Positions 58,376 through 64,000 of a stretch of 64,000 nucleotides of DNA are shown here, in pieces (the first letter of the stretch is position 1; each line of letters opens with the position of its first letter). Where the stretch lies: the NCBI GenBank assembly GCA_965644315.1, contig CBFFRQ010000029.1, positions 124,001 to 188,000 of the forward strand, read 5' to 3'. This stretch comes from Caecitellus pseudoparvulus (Eukaryota; Protista; Bigyra: Bicosoecida). Below the pieces are notes generated by a model. It was not told where the DNA came from and did no database searches. It saw only the letters and a program-made list of their open reading frames with translations. Both the position numbers and the translations under genes were made by a program.

Positions 58376-60676
58376 ATGGCAGTGCCTAACCCGCCCCACT
58401 TGGACATGTTCACCGAGCCAGGCAGTGCGCTGCTCAAGCTCTCTCCCTTCCTGAAGCACTTGTACAGCATGCTGGAGCTGCCTGACAGCGACCCGAGCAT
58501 CATGTGCTGGTTGGCGAGCGGGAATGGCTTCTTAGTGCTCGACCGCACCCGACTGTGCAGTGACGTGCGTGATTCCGTGTGTTGCGTGCCAAGGTGCAGC
58601 GCTGCCAGCCGCCCCGCTGACGCCGCGGTTGGGGCGAGCCAATGCCTCACACGTGGGCTCCCTGGGCTTCCTAGGCTGGGCGGTCTGGCTGCAGCTGTCA
58701 CCATTTCTCGCGATGTTCCCTGCGTGATGCACGGCTGAGCGCGCCAGCCTCCCTTCTGCCACCATGCGGTCGACCGTGGCAACTGCCCTTTCCCGTGCCA
58801 CCGCCCAATCGGCTGCGCGCACCGCCGACGCAGCAGCAGTCACCATGCACTGCATTCTCCGTGAGGGCCACAGGTGCTACCGAAGTATGTCAAGACGCGC
58901 AATTACAGCTCGTTTCTCCGTCAGGTGCGTGCGCCGGGCCTGTGAGCGTTTGGCTCCGCCCAGCCCACATCTCTCAGTGTCATGGCATCGCCTCCACACA
59001 AAGCAGATGTTGCTGCGCAGCCCCTCACTCGCCACGCAACCTTCCTCACAGGTGTCCTTCTATCAGTGCGTGTTGCATGGCCCTCATCCTGTGCCCGCTG
59101 CAGGCAGTGTGCAGCGACTACTGCAGCAGCGAGCCAACGCTTGCCTGGCAGCCTCTGCTCCTCACTTACACTTTGTCACGAGTGCGCTGGCCCGCACTCT
59201 CGCCGCACTTGCGCTGCACCAGGTTCCGAAAGGTGCCCAATGCCGACCTGACCGTGGATGACCTTCCAGATGAGCTCTGCAAGGCGCTTCTCAAGCGTGC
59301 AGTGGAAACTGCAGGTGCGAGGCACGCCCACCACATCACTTCCGCACGCGGCTGCTCCCTTCTGCAGCCTGCTCAAGGCGGCAGCCCAGCACGGTACACC
59401 CCCCCCCTCCCCGCCCGCAGACCAAGCAGGCACCGACACCAGCTCCCCACAAGCTGCAGTGGACAGTGGGGACGTGTTCAAGATGCGGGAGTACTTGACC
59501 CGCACAAGCCTTGTGAGGGACATTCTCAGCGCAGCTGATGTCTTTCGGCACGACGATTTCCTGCGGCGAGATCCGTCAGCACTGTTGAGGATCACGCGCA
59601 GAGTGCCCCAGAAGCGGCAATACTCGGCGACAGGCAACAGGGCCGGCGTGGGGTCAGCTCAGGGCCGCCACTCGCCTCGCTCGCCAACCAGCGCGGGGTC
59701 CGTGCCAGGCATGCACAGTGCCTTCCAAGGGCCATATGCACCCCCCCCTCCGCCTTCCTATGCAACCCCCCTGCCACACCCTGGGAGCATGCCTCCCGGT
59801 GCAGCACAAGGCTTTACGTCCTTCCGATACGTGCGCCCTCCACCGCCCGGCGCACCTGGGCCGCAATCCTCCGCTGGTACATTGTCAGCGCCCGTGCTGC
59901 TCCCCCACACCAGCAATGCCGCGTCAGGTCCGACTGGCAGCTGGCAAGAGAGTGTGACAACCCACACCGGGTATTCCTCCGCCGCCATGGCAGCGGCAGG
60001 CGCGCTGTCAGGCCTGGCGAGTGGGCACACGTCCGCGCCTCGCCCGCGGTATTGGTCCCCCACTGCCTCGGACATGCCTTCTTCAGGCACTGATAGCACG
60101 GGTTCCCCCCGGTCGGGGGCTGCCGGTGGCAAGGCTGGCGACTTTTCCCACCTCGGCGGCAGCGTGAACAGCCTTTCCCCTCGAGCCAACCTGCCAGCCT
60201 TGCAGCCCAGTGGACCGTACGCTGCTCACCCCCCGGTGCTTGGAGCGCACCAGGGGGGCCCTGTGCAGTCCGGTATGGCAGGTGCCGCCTTCTTCCCCTC
60301 CATGGACAACAGCTACTCCCCCCGCCAAGGTGGTGCCATGCTGCAGACGTCCCCCCGCATGGTGCCCCTCGGAGCCAGCGCCTCTCCTCGCCACCGCCCA
60401 GGCAGCACCTCTCCCCGTGCCTTCATGTCTGAGCCCAGCTACTCGCCCAGGCTTATCGTGGGGCAGGGCGGGGAGCGGCCAGGGTCTCCTGGGCCTCTAC
60501 CGCCAGGCACAGTGGCCTTGCTTCCGGACTACGTCAACGCAGAGTCTCCCCGAGCTCTGCATGTGGCGCCAACACGCAGTGGCAGCGAGGGGCGCTCCAC
60601 CTCCCCTCGGCCGGCCGCCGTGCATGCCGCCCACGGTTCTGAGTTCAAGGGCGCGGCACAGCCTGTGTCGCTGTGA
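58376..60676 (+). CDS. HSF-type DNA-binding transcription factor
   Basis: Exons 58376-58564, 58874-58924, 59052-59065, 59223-59314 and 59421-60676 give PFLKHLYSML...IMCWLASGNGFLV.D...VLPKYVKTRNYSSFLRQVSFYQFRKV...FRHDDFLRRDPSALLRITRR, then a Ser/Pro-rich tail. Confidence 0.88.
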
Positions 60677-60773
60677 GAGTCGGCCAGCGCCACCCCCCCC
60701 CCTGTGTGATTTTACCTCCCCTGCAGTGCCAGCGTAAGGCACTCGTCACCAGAGCGCAGCCAGCACAACAGCG

Positions 60774-60783
60774 CAATGCATTG
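60774..60783. terminator. Palindromic CAATGCATTG: candidate shared 3'-end signal of the HSF and RSPH9 genes
   Basis: Perfect 10-bp palindrome within gcgcaatgcattgtgc, in the 137-nt gap between convergent stops. Function is inferred. Confidence 0.55.
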
Positions 60784-60813
60784 TGCAGGCCCACGTGCAG
60801 TTGCGCAGCCCGG

Positions 60814-61821
60814 CTACAGCATGAATGCCAGATCCTCGTTGGGGAAGCCGTCGCCAAAGTAAGCCCCGCCGAACTCGCTCGTGCCCAGCGTGTGGCTGAA
60901 GAAGTAGCCTGGCCAGGCCAGGGAGCGCAGGGTTGCGCTGCCCGTGCCAGCGTCCACCCGCAGCACCCACGTGCCCTTGGGGCTGTCTGTCGCGATGCTG
61001 TCCAGGAAGTCTGTGCTGGCCACGAGGCCGTCCTTGGAGGCGGCGGCGGCGGCCTCCAGCCCCTCCGCGGCCCGAAAGTGGAAGTAGTTTGAGGGAGACG
61101 CCGCCTCCGTGGCGGTGAGCCCACCGAAAGTGGCGTTGCGCACGGTCGCGTGCGTCGCCGTGAGGATGTACGCGCCGCGGGGCACGACAGCGGTGTCGTG
61201 GTCAATGCAGCTAACCACGTGGGCGAGCCTGTGCAGCTCGCTGAACTTCACGGGCTTGGGCGGCTTGGCCTCAGCGCCCTCCTCCTCCTCGTCAAAATCT
61301 TCGTCCTCCTCCTCTTCTTCCTCTGTTCACACGGTGGGGGTGTCGCGAGGGTGAAGCAGGAGCACGGGCAGCTTGCCCAGCACCAGGCCAGCTCTCACCT
61401 TCGCCGTACAGGTTGGTGGGGTCGCCTTTGAACTTGCCCTTGATGGCTGCGGCTTGTGCCTTGAACTCCTCGCTCAGCTCAGGCAGTTGCTGTAGGTCGA
61501 ACGTGCCCGTGGAGCTGCACGCAGCGGCGTGGCGCAGAGTGCGAGCAGGCAGCACTTTGCGCGATCTCGCCACGATGCCGCGCCAAGTTCCGCAACTTAC
61601 CACGCGAAGAAGCGCTTGTGGGGGAAGCCCTCAATATCCACAACTGCATATGCAACCAAGTAGTCTCGCTCTGAGCCGGTGATGCGGCCCCAGAACTTGA
61701 CATCCGAGACGCCTTCTTCCAAGCGCCGCTTCGCCAGCGCCACCTCCAGGCCAGCAGCTTCCTCGACGCTGAGGGTGTTGCCGCTGAAGGCCAGATTGCC
61801 CAGGCCTGCGATGGAGGCCAT
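60814..61821 (-). CDS. RSPH9: Radial spoke head protein 9
   Basis: SG.TLSVEE.AGL...VKFWGRITGSERDYLVA, F.GDP, E..RL..VV..ID.DTAVVPRGAY, YFHFR, DFLDSIATD.PKG.W, LRSLAWPGYFF.H...G..YFGDG..N.DLAFML. Introns at 61515-61600 and 61323-61398. Confidence 0.93.
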
Positions 61822-61944
61822 GCTGCCGTGGGCGACACGTGAATTGCGCTGCACTGGCAGTTCAAGGTGGCTGGATCGCGCTGAAGCTGCCTGCAGAGTT
61901 CGACAGAGGAATGGATTTGCCAGGCCGTGGGGCGTGCCGCACCC

Positions 61945-63221
61945 TCACTCAGACTCTGCCGACGAGCTGGTGCTGTCCCCGGAGCCCGCACTGCTCCCAG
62001 ACTCACTGGCAGTGTCGTCTGATGCTTCGCTTTTGCTGTCCTCTGTCCCCTCGTGCACCTGCTCAGAAGGCGCAGTGCCTGGAGTGGCTGGTGTGGTCTC
62101 TGGCTCTCGAGTCGACGCATCCACTGCAGCGGCTGTCGCAGTGGAAGCGGGAAAGGACGTGGACACTGCCGCCTCAGCAGCTGCGGCCTCTGCTTCTGCT
62201 GCCTCTGCCTCTGCCGCCAAGGCAGCTGCTCTCTCTTCAGCAGCCTTAGCGGCCGCCCTGGCAGCAGCTGACTTGGCCGCTGAGGCAGCGGCTGCAGCCT
62301 CCGCTGCCGCCCGCCGCTGAGCAAGGCGCAGCTGGGCCGCACGCACTTGTGCCTCAACGCACAGTAGGCGCGCTTTGAGCGTCGCCGACGTGTCCAGGGA
62401 CGCCTGCAGGCTCGCTACCAAGCTCGGCAGGTGTGTGTCTAGAGCCTCCCGCACCCGGCCCTGAGAGGCCCGAACCTGACTGAGGCCCTGCACCTGCTGG
62501 TGCAAGGCAGTGCACAAGCTTGATGCAGAGTCATGCAAGGCTGTCTGGCTTGTGTGCAGGCTGTTGAGGGTGGAGTGTAGGGTGGTGCGGGTGGCGTTGA
62601 GGGGGGGGAAGTGGTGGTCGGCGATGTGCCCAGGGGGCACGCTCGCCCCGCTTATGTCTACAGGAGGAGCAGGCGCCCGCACTGCGAACACTGATGCGAC
62701 AGCTGCAGACAGGCGCTTGGAGTTGCTCTGCACGCTCTGCAGCCCTGCAGCGAGGCCACTGCGGATGCGGTGCAGCATGGCATCCCCCCCATCTTGTGGC
62801 GTCCCTTCGGCAGGGCCACTGGGGCCAGTGGGCTTGGGGGCATGATCACTCGGAGGATGGTGCTCCTTTTGCTCTCCTGACTCAGCCTGGGGAAGAGGTG
62901 GCGAGCTGGGGGCTGAGGCAGGCCAACCTGCGGAAATCGCTGCAGCGCCGCACTCACCGCACTGGGCCCGGCTGAGCTCCTGAATAGCAACGTCACTGGC
63001 CGCGTAGCAGCGCTGATCATGGACATTGCAGCCTCATGGTCCAGTTCCCGCACATCTGCACCCCCCACTGAACACAGACAGTGCTGGGTCGTCACGCCAG
63101 AGGAGGCTGCCAAGCCGCCAGGCTCCACCCGGCTGACTTCGTGCCCAGCTGCTGTCGTCTCAATGTGCAAACCGAGAGGGGAGGAAGCCAACTGCACCTC
63201 CACATCAGGAACGCCGGCCAT
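61945..63221 (-). CDS. PDZ domain fused to a dysbindin-like coiled-coil region
   Basis: Exon 1 encodes a PDZ (SPLGLHI...VSRVEPGGLAASSGV...SVGGADV..LDHEAAMSMISAATRPVTLLF). Intron 62887-62957 joins it in frame through a linker to MLHRIRSGL...LQSVQ...HLPSLVASLQ...LKARLLCVEAQV. Confidence 0.7.
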
Positions 63222-63481
63222 CTCTGCTGTCCCGGGTTGTAGATGCCGTCCGTTCAAACTGCTCAAGCTTGAATGGTAAGGTGCTGCCCGCTGGGTCCAG
63301 GTCAGCTTGCCACGCTCGAGTGCGTTTGTGTCGGAAAGCAATAAAAACCAAGCGAAGCCGCACGCCAGGGCAGTTTGTTTCAGTTCTTTTTGTTCCCGCT
63401 GACTCCTGACCTTGCGGCTCAGCGTTGCTTGTTGGCAAGGAGCAGAGCTGGTCGAGGCGTTCAATTTCCGCGCGCGGTGTC

Positions 63482-64000
63482 ATGGCTGATGCGAGTTTTG
63501 ACGATGCAAAGGAGCTTGCGAACCTCCACGTGCCCAACCCCATCGTCATGATTCCATTGGATCATCTATCCCCGCTGCAGACACGCCAGCGGCCACTAAA
63601 GGGGCTGTTTGGTTCCAGGAAGCTTCCCCCTGCCGTTGCCAGGGATGTAGTGACACTGAGCGTTGCCCGGCAATTGGCCAGCGTGTGCTTGGAGCAGTTC
63701 ATGAAGCAAACTGCGACAGAGCAGACGCAGGAAGCCATTTCGTCGTACATTTCTCTGGCGCTGCCTTTTCTGAAGACTCACGCCCGCGCCCTGCGCAGCG
63801 CTGCACCTGGTGCTACTCCAAGTGAGTGCCACCTGCATTCCAAGCTGCCTGGGACAGAAGTCACCCTGCCTGCCCCCTGCTGCCCCACAGGCTTTACTTG
63901 GACTTCAGCTGTGGCCAGACCGGTGCATGGAGTGCCTGTCCGCCGGTGGGCCGTGGAAGGCCTCTCCTTCGACATTACCATGGCCTGCGCCGCTCTGGCC
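63482..64000 (+). CDS. Possible BRO1-domain (BROX-like) protein, 3'-partial
   Basis: The frame is open from ATG 63482 to the window end, with a probable in-frame intron at 63822-63890. AISSYISL...FTWTSAV...LSFDITMACAALA resembles the BRO1 F.W...FE pattern. Confidence 0.5.
   Translation, partial: MADASFDDAKELANLHVPNPIVMIPLDHLSPLQTRQRPLKGLFGSRKLPPAVARDVVTLSVARQLASVCLEQFMKQTATEQTQEAISSYISLALPFLKTHARALRSAAPGATPSECHLHSKLPGTEVTLPAPCCPTGFTWTSAVARPVHGVPVRRWAVEGLSFDITMACAALA

Noticed and set aside
26389-61821. Flagellar gene cluster (GAS8 and RSPH9)
   Set aside because: They are more than 30 kb apart with unrelated genes between them, which is expected in any flagellate genome.
62160-62320. Ala/Glu-rich quasi-repeats (also in the kinesin and GAS8 coils)
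   Set aside because: These are low-complexity helical coding sequence, not DNA repeat elements.
1-64000. tRNA, rRNA, snRNA, CRISPR arrays, telomeric repeats, transposases or endogenous viral genes
   Set aside because: I recognised no T-loop or cloverleaf, snRNA signature, regular repeat-spacer array, terminal repeat, or integrase/RT/capsid motif by eye.

Overview
This is a gene-dense, GC-rich eukaryotic nuclear segment from a flagellated protist. A heterotrophic stramenopile-like organism is my guess, not something the sequence proves. I reconstructed 21 protein-coding genes by hand, interrupted by about 40 short GT-AG introns (mostly 60-120 nt, donors mainly GTGCGT or GTGAGT, clustered near gene 5' ends). 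In order they are: YEATS/Yaf9 (5'-partial), XRN1, a Rac-like GTPase, a DOCK GEF, a multi-TM hybrid histidine kinase, ATG11, GAS8/DRC4, class I aldolase, bL36, an NDUFA4/B12D-like protein, an OCIA-like protein, eRF1, SPCS2, NSE1-like, a CDK-like kinase, a CH-domain kinesin-14, a giant myosin-IQ-RCC1 protein, an HSF-type factor, RSPH9, a PDZ plus dysbindin-like protein, and a BRO1-like protein (3'-partial). I saw no tRNA, rRNA, CRISPR array or mobile element. The strongest unexpected signal is the hexamer AAT[G/T]CA, found on the sense strand within 100 nt of the stop codon in 17 of 20 gene ends. By eye it is absent from the sense strand of the largest CDSs, and four convergent gene pairs share one palindromic copy, so it is a candidate non-canonical, bidirectional 3'-end/polyadenylation signal. 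Other highlights are a head-to-head pair of a CH (actin-binding-type) kinesin and an RCC1-tailed MyoH-like myosin, a tail-to-tail Rac/DOCK pair, and several unusual domain fusions or losses. All gene models and homology calls come from reading motifs by eye; no searches were run.
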